Shown: in pieces, positions 21,463-30,206 of the stretch
Numbering within the stretch: the first letter of the stretch is position 1
Layout of the letters: each line of letters starts with the position of its first letter
Made by a program: the position numbers and the translations under genes
Notes under the pieces: model-generated
What the model was told of the DNA's origin: nothing
The model's input: only the letters and a program-made list of their open reading frames with translations
Database searches by the model: none
Assembly (NCBI GenBank): GCA_038231275.1
Contig: JBBRLQ010000017.1
Location: 131,530 to 195,529 of the forward strand
From: Polyangiales bacterium
GTDB taxonomy: Bacteria; Myxococcota_A; Polyangia; Polyangiales; Polyangiaceae
Reading direction: 5' to 3'
DNA length: 64,000 nt

Positions 21463-22854
21463 TCAGATGAGCACGTAGTCTTCGGCGACCGCGGTGGTCG
21501 TCGTCGCGAAGACCGTGCTGGTCTCTTCGTCGCGCTCGATCGCCAGGAGATAGAGGCCGGTGAGCATCGCCGGATATTGCCCGATGAGGTCGATGAAGTC
21601 GGCGCGGGGCAGGAACAGGGTCACCGTCGGGTGCACCGCAAGGACGTCCATGTTCGCCTTGCGTCGCAGGATGACGCCGACCTCGCCGACCACGTCGCCT
21701 ACTCCGAGCGTCGCGATCACGAACGGCTCGCCCGACTCGTGGCCAACGACCGCGACCTCGCCCGACGCGATGAGGTGCATCCCGTCGGCGTCGGTGCCCT
21801 CTTCGATCAGCTTCTCGCCCTTTTCGAAGATTCGCGTCTCGAAGCGCTCGACCAGCGCGGGCCGCGACGACGCATCGACCGCGAGGAGCACCGGCGAGGT
21901 GCGGACCAGGTTGGCGACCATGCGGCGTCGGCAGTGCGCGGCCAGCTCGGCGCCGACCTCCGGGCGCTTCTCGGCGACGGCCTCCAGCGCCTCGCGCCGC
22001 GCGACCAGCAGGATCGACGGTCGGTTGGCGACGACGTTGGCCGCGCGCGGCGCGCGAGAGAGGAGCGCCATCTCGCCGAAGAGCGCGCCGTTGGTGAGGC
22101 GCGCGAGCGTGATCGACACCTGCGGCGCGTCCCCGCCGTTGCCTTCTTTCGCCGAGCGCGGCGCCGACTCGCGTCGCACCTCGAGCTCCCCGCGCGCGAC
22201 GATGTACGCCTCGGCTCCTTCTTGGCCCTCTTCGATGACCGCCTTGCCGGCCGGCACGGTAATCATCTCGAACGTCGCGATGAGGGCGCGGAGACCCTCC
22301 TTCTCGAGCGAGCTGAAGAGCGGGAGCGGAGAAATCAGCGGCGGCTCGCTCTCCTCGAGCGTCTCGTACGTCTTGGACGCCTCGTGGACGATCGCGGTCC
22401 CCTTCGACAAGAGCGCGGGTCCGGTGAGGAAGGACGACAACGGGTGGAACTCCACGTCGTGCGGGAGCGGCGGAGGCGGCGGCGCGGCGGTGTCGGTCAG
22501 GCGCGGCGAGCCGAGGCAGAACGCGGCGGCGATGTCGTCGAAGTACTCGTCGGTCGCAACGCCGAGCGCCCGCAGATCCGCGACGGCCGCGACCGCGAGC
22601 GGGAGGTTCCCCGCGTCGATCGCGCGCTTGACGCCGAGCTTCAGCCCCTCGGTCGCCGCCTCGCTGCGCCCCATGTCCGCGAGGAGACGGCACGTGAGGA
22701 TGAGCGCGCTCGGCACCGACGCGTCTTGCTGCACCACCGCGGCGCTCCAACGCAAGGCAGCCTCGCGCTCGCCCGCCAGCATCAACGCGAGCGCGCGATC
22801 GAGGGGCGAGTCGGTGACATGGCTACCGGGCAGAGCCGGCGGGGCCGTACGCAT
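21463..22854 (-). CDS. Tandem cyclic-nucleotide-binding domain protein
   Basis: Two cNMP domains: VIEEGQEG..AYIVARGELEV..FGEMALLSRAPRAANV and LIEEGTDADGMHLIASGEV..VGEVGVILRRKANMDV. Confidence 0.88.
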   Translation of the reverse strand: MRTAPPALPGSHVTDSPLDRALALMLAGEREAALRWSAAVVQQDASVPSALILTCRLLADMGRSEAATEGLKLGVKRAIDAGNLPLAVAAVADLRALGVATDEYFDDIAAAFCLGSPRLTDTAAPPPPPLPHDVEFHPLSSFLTGPALLSKGTAIVHEASKTYETLEESEPPLISPLPLFSSLEKEGLRALIATFEMITVPAGKAVIEEGQEGAEAYIVARGELEVRRESAPRSAKEGNGGDAPQVSITLARLTNGALFGEMALLSRAPRAANVVANRPSILLVARREALEAVAEKRPEVGAELAAHCRRRMVANLVRTSPVLLAVDASSRPALVERFETRIFEKGEKLIEEGTDADGMHLIASGEVAVVGHESGEPFVIATLGVGDVVGEVGVILRRKANMDVLAVHPTVTLFLPRADFIDLIGQYPAMLTGLYLLAIERDEETSTVFATTTTAVAEDYVLI

Positions 22855-23048
22855 CGGATGTTTCGAGCGTATACCAATGTCGGGTGCTCGGCGCTTGGAA
22901 CGTGTAGGGCGGTCGTCGCCGTTCGGCGGCCGACGGATCGCGCGGCTCCGGCCATTGGACGGAGAAGAGGGGATTTCGGCCCCGCGCCGGCCCGTCCGGT
23001 GTGTGCTACTCCAAACGGGTCGGCTCGCTCACCACGCAGAGGTCCTCG

Positions 23049-24980
23049 ATGCGCGTCACTCCTTTCTCCTCCTTCTCTCTTCTGCTTGCTCTGACCCTGC
23101 CCGCGAGCGCGCTCTACGCGTGCGGGAGCACTTCGTCGAACGGCGGCACGCCGGGAGGCGGCGACGACGCGGGGGACGAGGGCGCGATCTTCCAGGACGG
23201 CGGCACCTTCGGCGACGCGCCCGGCCAGGACGCGTTCGCGCAGGGCACGTTCAACGCGCCCGATTGTCCGGGCTGCACCTTCCCGCCCGATCCGGCGCCG
23301 GCGTGCGATCCCGCGACTCCCGCGATCACGCTCGTCTACCCGACCGATGGCGTCCTCGTGCCGCCGAACATGAACACCATCTCGGTGCAGTGGACGCCGT
23401 TCGGCGCGCCGTTCACCGAGTTCGAGGTCGACTTCGCGAACGGCAACACCGACATGCGCGTCATCACCAAGTGCGCGACGCAGACGGTCGACACCGCCCA
23501 GCCCCCAGTCCCGTCGGGCGGCTGCGATCTCGAGCTCGATCCGAAGATGTGGGCGTTCGTGGCCACCGCGAACCGCGGCGGCGATCCGGTCACCGTCACC
23601 GTGCGCGGCACCACCGACGGCAAGTGCGCGAACAAGTCGACGACGTCGATCAAGATGTCGTTCGCCAACGAGGACGTGCTCGGCGGAATCTACTACTGGA
23701 AGTCCACGGTCAGCGCCGCCGGCGTCGGCGGGCAGATCTGGGTGAAGAGCTTCGGCGACGCGGTGCCCGAGGCGCTCGTCACCACCAACTCGGCGACGTG
23801 CAACGGCTGCCACGCGCTCTCGCGCGACGGCGTGCGCATGACGATCTACTCCGACGACGACGACTCGGACGACGAGTACGGCGACGTCCGCGGCACGCTC
23901 ATCGACATGACGAAGACGCCGAAGGTCACGATAGGCGGCGCGTTCGGCGCAGGCTTCAGCACGTTCTCGCCCGACCACTCGAACTTCCTGTCGTCGAACG
24001 GCAACGGCAACGGCACCACCAACCTGCTGAACCTGCAGAACGGCCTCACCGGCGGCGCGGCGACGCCGATCACGGTGGGCGCGGCCGGCGAGCGGCCGAC
24101 GATGCCGGACTGGTCGCCCGACGGGAAGACGGTCGTGTACGTGAAGCCTACGCTGGTCGGGCAGTGGAACGGCACGAGCCGCAAGGACGACGACCACGTC
24201 TTCGGCGGGAGCCTCTTCACGCTTCCGTACAACGGCGGCGGCGCGTTCGGAACGGAGACCGCGCTCCTGCCGTCGGCCGGCGAGAACAACTACTACCCGA
24301 GCTATTCGCCGGACGGGCAGTTCATCATGTTCAACCGCGCGCCGCACGACACCACCGTCGCGACGATCGACGGCTGCGTCGGGACGGTGCCGCAGCGCTC
24401 GTGCCCGAACGACAGCTTCTCGAACCCCGCCGCGCGCGTCATGCTCCTCTCGACGGCGGCCGGCTCCGCGCCGGTGGATTTGCAGGCGGCCAATGGTTCT
24501 CCTGCCGCGTCACCCAAGCCGCTCTCCAACTCGTGGCCGCGCTGGTCGCCGTTCGTGCAGACGTACAAGGGTCAGCGCCTCCTCTGGATCACGTTCTCCT
24601 CGACGCGCGACTACGGGCTCCTCGTGCGTAACCACAAGACGGGCATGTACCAGTGCTACCCGTCCGACAGCTTCGAGGATCCGGGCTCGTCGCACGGCCA
24701 GAAGTTCCAGCCGACGTGCCAGCAGCCGCAGCTCTGGATGGCGGCGGTGAACCTCGATCCGAAGGCGACCGATCCGTCGCACACCGCGTTCTGGCTGCCG
24801 TTCCAGGACATCAAGACGCACAACCACACTCCGCAGTGGACGCAGACGATCGCGGACAAGCCGCCCGCGGACGGCGGGGCCTGCATCACGAGCGGCGGCG
24901 ACTGCCGCGCGAACCCCGGCGGCTGCTGCTCGGGCTTCTCGTGCGGCGCCGACGGGACCTGCAGCCCGATCATCCGCTGA
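23049..24980 (+). CDS. TolB-like (PD40 repeat) beta-propeller lipoprotein
   Basis: Lipobox LYAC, LVYP-xDG, CNGCH, PDWSPDG, YPSYSPDG, WPRWSP, FSSTRDYG, AFWLPFQ. Confidence 0.82.
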   Translation: MRVTPFSSFSLLLALTLPASALYACGSTSSNGGTPGGGDDAGDEGAIFQDGGTFGDAPGQDAFAQGTFNAPDCPGCTFPPDPAPACDPATPAITLVYPTDGVLVPPNMNTISVQWTPFGAPFTEFEVDFANGNTDMRVITKCATQTVDTAQPPVPSGGCDLELDPKMWAFVATANRGGDPVTVTVRGTTDGKCANKSTTSIKMSFANEDVLGGIYYWKSTVSAAGVGGQIWVKSFGDAVPEALVTTNSATCNGCHALSRDGVRMTIYSDDDDSDDEYGDVRGTLIDMTKTPKVTIGGAFGAGFSTFSPDHSNFLSSNGNGNGTTNLLNLQNGLTGGAATPITVGAAGERPTMPDWSPDGKTVVYVKPTLVGQWNGTSRKDDDHVFGGSLFTLPYNGGGAFGTETALLPSAGENNYYPSYSPDGQFIMFNRAPHDTTVATIDGCVGTVPQRSCPNDSFSNPAARVMLLSTAAGSAPVDLQAANGSPAASPKPLSNSWPRWSPFVQTYKGQRLLWITFSSTRDYGLLVRNHKTGMYQCYPSDSFEDPGSSHGQKFQPTCQQPQLWMAAVNLDPKATDPSHTAFWLPFQDIKTHNHTPQWTQTIADKPPADGGACITSGGDCRANPGGCCSGFSCGADGTCSPIIR

Positions 24981-24982
24981 TC

Positions 24983-25004
24983 GATCCGCGGACGAACGCG
25001 GATC
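24983..25004. terminator. Stem-loop between convergent genes (possible bidirectional terminator)
   Basis: GATCCGCG-N6-CGCGGATC; no U-tract. Confidence 0.35.
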
Positions 25005-26058
25005 AGCCGTCGTCGTCGTCGACGCGGCGGCCGGTACGCTCCATGTACGCCGTCATCGCGTTCGCGGTGGCGGCGACGAGCGGCACGACCTTGGGGTAGT
25101 CCATGCGCGTGGGGCCGATGACGCCGAGCGTGCCCGCGGCGCGGCCGTGATCGGTGACGACGGCGCCGATGATCGAGATTTGACCGCCGCCGAGCTCGCC
25201 GGCCTCGCGTCCGACGACGACGGTGGCGCCGTTGGCCGCGAGCGTCGCCTCGAGGAGAAGCACCAGGCGCTCCTGCGCGTCGAGCGCGGAGACCACCTTC
25301 TTCATGTCGTCGGCGTCGGCGAAGTCCGGCTGATCGAGGAGGAGCGCGCGCCCCTCGATGACCAGATCCTGCCCGGCATCCAAGGACTCGGCGACGACCT
25401 GGCCGCCGAGCTCGAACGCGCGACGCCGGACCACATCGTGCTGCACGCGCTCGTCGGCGAGGCGGCGCGCGAACAGGTCACGGAGCTCGCCGAGGTTGCG
25501 CCCGTCGACGACGTCGTCGAGCACGCTGTGGATGCGAATGAGCTCGTCCTCGGTGACGCTCGCCTTGAGGAAGCGGTTCTGCACGGCGCCGTTCGACATG
25601 ACGAGGACCGCGAGCAGCTCGCCCGGCACCGTACGGATGAAGCGGACGTGCTTCAAGGTGAGCGTCTCGGCGCGCGGCGCGACGACGAGCGCGGCGGTGC
25701 CGGTCAGATCGCTGAGCAGGCGCCCCGCTTCGCGCAGGACGTTCTGGCCGGGGTGCATCTCTTCGAACCGCGCGCGGATGCGGGCCTGATCTTGCGGCTG
25801 GAGCGCCTGCACCTCCATCATCGCGTCGATGAAGAGGCGGAACGCGCGATCGGTCGGCACGCGGCCGGCGCTGGTGTGCGGCTGCCGCAGGTACCCGAGC
25901 TCTTCGAGATCGGCGAGCACGTTGCGAATGCTGGCCGGCGACAGATCGATGCCGACCTTCTTCGACAAGGTGCGCGACCCCACCGGCTCGCCCGTCGCGA
26001 CGAACTCGGTGACGGCGGCGTAGAGGATCTGCCGGGCGCGTGAGCTCAGCTCCGCCAT
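25003..26058 (-). CDS. hrcA: Heat-inducible transcriptional repressor HrcA
   Basis: LSSRARQIL..EPVGSRTL..SPASIRNVLADLEELGYLRQPHTSAGRVPTD, GVIGPTRMDY. Confidence 0.97.
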   Translation of the reverse strand: MAELSSRARQILYAAVTEFVATGEPVGSRTLSKKVGIDLSPASIRNVLADLEELGYLRQPHTSAGRVPTDRAFRLFIDAMMEVQALQPQDQARIRARFEEMHPGQNVLREAGRLLSDLTGTAALVVAPRAETLTLKHVRFIRTVPGELLAVLVMSNGAVQNRFLKASVTEDELIRIHSVLDDVVDGRNLGELRDLFARRLADERVQHDVVRRRAFELGGQVVAESLDAGQDLVIEGRALLLDQPDFADADDMKKVVSALDAQERLVLLLEATLAANGATVVVGREAGELGGGQISIIGAVVTDHGRAAGTLGVIGPTRMDYPKVVPLVAATANAMTAYMERTGRRVDDDDG

Positions 26059-26179
26059 GAGCTTCATTTTAGTCCGTCCACGCCATTCCGGAAAGCCGTC
26101 ACACCTTTGACCACATGCTCGACCACGTGCTCGGCGCCGCAGATTGGCCCGCTCCGGCCTGGCGCGCTACGGTCGGCCC

Positions 26180-26947
26180 ATGCGGCGTCGCTGCACCTTC
26201 GCCTCGATCGTCTCCGCGCTGGCGGCGATGACCTCGTTGGCGTCGCTAGGGTGCGCGCACGAAGATCGCCGGCAACCGAACGTGTCGTTCGCGTTCTCGG
26301 GGCCGGTCTTCGAGAAAGAGGATCCGACGCAGACGCCTGCGTACCGGTACGCGAGCCTCGGCCGGGAGGCGTGCGAGGCCGAGCTCGGCGCGCGGGCGAT
26401 TCCCTTCATGCGCGTCGATGGCGCGCGCGCGGTGCTGGCCCCGGTGCGGCTGACCGGTCCGATCCGCGGCATCGCGATCCATTCGGTCTTGCCGGCGAAG
26501 CAGCGCGCGACCTCACCGCTCGAGATCCTCGACTGCCGCCTGGTGCTCGCCCTCGACGACTTCGCGCAGCTCCTCGTGCGCTACGACGTGGTCGAGGTCG
26601 TCCACATGTCCGTCTACCGCCCGCCGCGCAAGACGTGGCCAGAGGGTCGCATCGGCACCCGCCACGACGGCGCGCTCGCCATCGACATCGGTAAGTTCAT
26701 CCGCAAGGACGGCACGGCGCTCGACGTCGAGAAGGACTTCCACGGCCGCATCGGCACCAGGACCTGCGGCCCCAACACCGGACCGTCACCGGTCACGCCC
26801 GAAGCGACGGCGCTGCGAAGCATGATCTGCGACGCGGCCGATCAGAAGCTCTTCAACGTGGAGCTCACGCCCGACTACAACTGGCAGCACCGCAATCACT
26901 TCCACCTCGAAGTCACCGCCAACGTGAAGTGGTTCCTGGTGCACTGA
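26180..26947 (+). CDS. Extensin-like (peptidase M15-related) family lipoprotein
   Basis: Lipobox SLGC; RHDGALAIDI, LTPDYNWQHRNHFH motifs typical of the extensin-like C-terminal domain. Confidence 0.8.
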   Translation: MRRRCTFASIVSALAAMTSLASLGCAHEDRRQPNVSFAFSGPVFEKEDPTQTPAYRYASLGREACEAELGARAIPFMRVDGARAVLAPVRLTGPIRGIAIHSVLPAKQRATSPLEILDCRLVLALDDFAQLLVRYDVVEVVHMSVYRPPRKTWPEGRIGTRHDGALAIDIGKFIRKDGTALDVEKDFHGRIGTRTCGPNTGPSPVTPEATALRSMICDAADQKLFNVELTPDYNWQHRNHFHLEVTANVKWFLVH

Positions 26948-26982
26948 AGTGGAGCGAAGCGCAGCGGAGCGAAACGCTCCTG
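26947..26982 (+). repeat. REP-like intergenic element, copy 1
   Basis: AAGTGGAGCGAAGCGCAGCGGAGCGAAACGCTCCTG; similar to the reverse complement of 41567-41606; contains a GGAGCG-AAA-CGCTCC hairpin. Confidence 0.6.
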
Positions 26983-27007
26983 CCTTGAGTCGCTGCGCGC
27001 CTCCGAG

Positions 27008-27250
27008 CTAGCCCCACGTGCGCGCGCGGTGCCAGGCTTCGTAGGTGACGCCGCGCGGGGCCGTCTCGGTGATGACGCGGCACGGATCACGCTCGGGCTC
27101 TTCGAGGAGGGCGAAGTCGAGGTCGAGATCCGACGACTGCTGCGCGCGCGTGATCTCGAACGGGTCGATGAGCGTGCCTTGGCGCGGACGGTAGGCGGGC
27201 GCCTCGGCGGGCTGACCCCAGCGGTCGAAATGGTCGGTCAGGGTTTGCAT
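27008..27250 (-). CDS. Small hypothetical protein (80 aa)
   Basis: High GC3 codons; directly preceded by a sigma54-type promoter. Confidence 0.65.
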   Translation of the reverse strand: MQTLTDHFDRWGQPAEAPAYRPRQGTLIDPFEITRAQQSSDLDLDFALLEEPERDPCRVITETAPRGVTYEAWHRARTWG

Positions 27251-27262
27251 GGTTCGTTACTA

Positions 27263-27278
27263 AGCAATGCCTGCGCCA
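27263..27278 (-). promoter_or_regulatory. Sigma54 (-24/-12) promoter
   Basis: Minus strand TGGCGC-AGGCA-TTGCT, matching TGGCAC-N5-TTGCW with GG-N10-GC spacing. Confidence 0.7.
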
Positions 27279-27385
27279 CCGCGAAGAGGCCGAAAAGGGG
27301 CGCGGTGCGCGGTCGGCGCGAGACGATCGGCCGTCTTTTGCCGGCCCGAAGCGGCGAGGTATGGCCCTGGTTCACCGGCGACTCA

Positions 27386-27421
27386 GGCGCCTCCACTTGT
27401 CGGGTGGCGCCTCCACTTGTC
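27386..27421. repeat. 16-bp direct repeat, 20-bp period (candidate enhancer-binding-protein site)
   Basis: GGCGCCTCCACTTGTC at 27386-27401 and 27406-27421. Confidence 0.75.
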
Positions 27422-27625
27422 AGGGCCTCCTCTTGATAGGGCTTTTACTTGGGCGGCGTTCGTCGGGGCGCAGTAGTCGCATCGCGCGGAGCCGGCGCGC
27501 ACAGAACGCCGTTCTGCATCGTCGACGCACAGCCGGGTCTGACCCGCGTAACCGGCCTATCCGACGGCACGATCGCGCCTGGTCGGATCCTGCGCGCGTT
27601 GCGCAAGCCGTTGGCCGCGGCTCGC

Positions 27626-28372
27626 TCATTGGCATTCGAGTGCGCACTTTTGGAAACCGCACGCGTACACGTTGTTCTCGGCTTGGGTCGGCGGCTTGCT
27701 CAGGCAGTCGTTGGCGCACCCGAATCCGCCGCCGGCCGCCCGACAGCCGTTGAAGCATGCAAACGACGTCATGCACGCCCCTTCGAGGAGGCATACGCCC
27801 TGTTCTTGGCAACAGCCCGCAGCGATGCACGCGCCGCAGTCGCCCGCCGCTGGCGGACAGGCGAAGGGTCCTCCGCAAACGAACGCGCTGCATCGACCGG
27901 TGCAGCATTCAGAAGGAGACGAGCACGACGTGCGGTCCGCTTTGCATGAAGATCGCGTACCGCCGCAGGTGCCACCGGCGCACGCGAGCCCGCTGCAGCA
28001 GTCGGCCGTCTCTCGGCACGTCGCGCCGGGAGGTGCGCACTCCGGAACCTTGGGCGGGTGGCCGCACGACCCGTTCCAACAGGAGAGTGCGCCACAGCAT
28101 GTCGACGCCCAGGTGCACGAAAAGCCAAACTCGAGGCAGGCCGGCTCAGCGATTTCGCACTTGCCCGCCTCGCACCCGCCACTGCAACAGTCGAGCGCGT
28201 CCGTGCAGCGGAGGCCGCTCCGGATGCAGGTCGGCGCGGTGGACCCCCCTCCGTCGACATCGCCGGGCGCAGACGCCAGGTCGTCGTCGAGGCTCGAGCG
28301 GCCACAGCCGCAGACCAGACAGACCAGGCAGGCCCATCGGCACGCCCAGGTGCCAACGAGCCGAAGCGCCAT
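27626..28372 (-). CDS. Cysteine-rich lipoprotein (CC-motif repeats)
   Basis: RBS GGGAGAG, lipobox VCGC, repeats C-x6-C-x5-CC-x3/4-C-x4-C. Confidence 0.7.
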   Translation of the reverse strand: MALRLVGTWACRWACLVCLVCGCGRSSLDDDLASAPGDVDGGGSTAPTCIRSGLRCTDALDCCSGGCEAGKCEIAEPACLEFGFSCTWASTCCGALSCWNGSCGHPPKVPECAPPGATCRETADCCSGLACAGGTCGGTRSSCKADRTSCSSPSECCTGRCSAFVCGGPFACPPAAGDCGACIAAGCCQEQGVCLLEGACMTSFACFNGCRAAGGGFGCANDCLSKPPTQAENNVYACGFQKCALECQ

Positions 28373-28494
28373 CTCTCCCGTCTCTGATCTCGTCACCACA
28401 CGCCGCGAATGGCCGGCGTCGCGTGACTCTTGTAAAGAATCGCTGCCGTGGCGCCTCTTGGCTGGGACGGGCCGGACTGCTATTCTAACTAGGG

Positions 28495-28740
28495 TTGGAA
28501 TCCGACGAAAAGGCTGCCAGAGAAGAGCGGGCCGCGCGACGGCGCGCGACGTGGACCGGCGGTGTCGCGCGCTCGTTCGCCGAGCTCGAGGCGCTCGACC
28601 GCGACGCGTGGCGGGCGACGACCGGCGCCGACCGCGTGCGGATCATCTGGCCCCTCACTTGGGAAGCAATGGTGCTCGCTGGATACGATGGACCTCCACC
28701 CCGACTTCAGAGATCTGCTGGCGGAGTTCGTCGGCGCTGA
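28495..28740 (+). CDS. Small hypothetical protein, partner of downstream nucleotidyltransferase
   Basis: 81-aa ORF overlapping the NTase start; DRDAW..T..DR..IIW.L, PRLQRS pattern. Confidence 0.55.
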   Translation: MESDEKAAREERAARRRATWTGGVARSFAELEALDRDAWRATTGADRVRIIWPLTWEAMVLAGYDGPPPRLQRSAGGVRRR

Positions 28741-29152
28741 CGTTCGCTTCGTGGTGCTCGGCGGGTACGCCGTCGGTCACCATGCCAAGCCACGCGCGAC
28801 GAAAGATCTCGACCTCCTGCTGTCGCGCGAGGGCGACAACCTCCAGCGTGCAGCAACGGCTCTCGCGCGCTTCGGCGCATCGGGCTCCGTCGTCGCCGAC
28901 GTACGTTCGCTCGGGTCGGACGAGATCGTCTACATGGGCGTGCCCCCTGTTCACGTCGACATGATGGCGCGCGCAGACGGCATCGACACCGAGGAGGTGA
29001 TCGTGCGCGCAGTCAGGGTCGACGTCGGCGGGCTACTGATCCCGTTCATTTCGCTGGAGGACCTCATCGCCAACAAGCGCGCTGCGGGCCGGCCGCAGGA
29101 CCTGGCTGACGTCGCGTCGCTCGAGAGCCTCGCTGCGCGCGGCGAGGGGTAA
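28688..29152 (+). CDS. Nucleotidyltransferase-fold protein (DUF6036-like)
   Basis: DFRDLL..F..ADVRFVVLGGYAVGHHAKPRATKDLDL, DLIANKRAAGRPQDLADV. Confidence 0.8.
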   Translation: MDLHPDFRDLLAEFVGADVRFVVLGGYAVGHHAKPRATKDLDLLLSREGDNLQRAATALARFGASGSVVADVRSLGSDEIVYMGVPPVHVDMMARADGIDTEEVIVRAVRVDVGGLLIPFISLEDLIANKRAAGRPQDLADVASLESLAARGEG

Positions 29153-29161
29153 AAAGACCGA

Positions 29162-29195
29162 CCGCGTGGGATTCGTCGTCCTCCACACCACGCGG
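29162..29195. terminator. Inverted repeat between convergent genes
   Basis: CCGCGTGG (29162-29169) / CCACGCGG (29188-29195). Confidence 0.3.
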
Positions 29196-29196
29196 C

Positions 29197-30132
29197 CTAT
29201 TTCGGCGGCGTCGTCGGGGCGCAGGTCGAGACGCCGGCGCCGACGATTTCGAACTGCACCGTGGTGAGCTTGGTGGTGGAGCCATCGGACGGGCGGTAGC
29301 GGAAGACGTCGGTGCTCGAGCCGGGGCCCACGAACAAGAAGAAGTCGCCGCCCCAGAAGGCGAAGGCGAAGTTGGAGCTGCCGGGGGCATAGTTGATCGC
29401 GGACTGCGGGGCCTGGCTCATGACCTGCGCGGTGCTCTTGCCGACCTCGGCGACCACGTAGGGTGAGCCCTCGAACGCGGCGAAGAGGCGCGCGTCGCCG
29501 GTGCCTGTCATCTCTGCGCGCGCTTGGACCTTGTCGTACGTGCCCACGGTGTGGAGCGTCAGCGTCTTCACGTCGAGCTGCGCGAGCGTCGCGCCCTGCG
29601 CGCTCGAGAGGAAGAGCGTCTCGTCGCTCGAGCCCGGCGCGTTGGAGGAGAACCCCATCCCGAAGTTGGTGCTGAACCCTTGCTGGTTCGGCTTGAACGC
29701 GGTCGGCGTGCACGTGGCGGTGCGCGTGTCGACGCGGACGATCTCGCCGCCTTGCATGTGGACCCACGCGATCGCCTGACGATCGACGGCCATCGAGTAC
29801 ACGGTACCGGAGCACGTGATCGGGCCGACCGTCGTGAACGCGACCTTGGGAGGATCGAAGCGCCGGAGGCCGCCGTTCACGTCGATGACCCACACGAACT
29901 GCGTCTCGATCGGGCACGACGCGCCGCCGCCGCCGTCGCCGGTGCCCACGCCGACGAGGCCGGACGAGCCGCTGCTCCCGCCGCTGCTCCCGCCGCTACT
30001 TCCGCCCGGCGTTCCGCCGCCGTCCTCCGACTCGGCGAAGCCGGTGGGGTGAGTCGTGGAGGGGCCACACGCGCAGGCCACGACGGGCGCGGCGAGCAGG
30101 AGACCGAGCGAGGCCAACGCGCGGTACGTCAT
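29197..30132 (-). CDS. Myxobacterial beta-propeller-like lipoprotein
   Basis: Lipobox ACAC, G/S linker, RFDPP, SMAVDRQ, AEMTGTGDARLFAAF, FAFAFWGGDF, IVGAGVSTCAP. Confidence 0.75.
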   Translation of the reverse strand: MTYRALASLGLLLAAPVVACACGPSTTHPTGFAESEDGGGTPGGSSGGSSGGSSGSSGLVGVGTGDGGGGASCPIETQFVWVIDVNGGLRRFDPPKVAFTTVGPITCSGTVYSMAVDRQAIAWVHMQGGEIVRVDTRTATCTPTAFKPNQQGFSTNFGMGFSSNAPGSSDETLFLSSAQGATLAQLDVKTLTLHTVGTYDKVQARAEMTGTGDARLFAAFEGSPYVVAEVGKSTAQVMSQAPQSAINYAPGSSNFAFAFWGGDFFLFVGPGSSTDVFRYRPSDGSTTKLTTVQFEIVGAGVSTCAPTTPPK

Positions 30133-30206
30133 GAGCCAACAATACGCCCGATTCGGCGACGATCGAGGGTGCATCGAGCGTGGAGCTGAGCTATCCGCAC
30201 ACCCCG

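Noticed and set aside
27386..27430. CRISPR-like repeat
   Set aside because: Only two 16-bp copies with a 4-nt gap; no spacers and no cas genes anywhere in the window.
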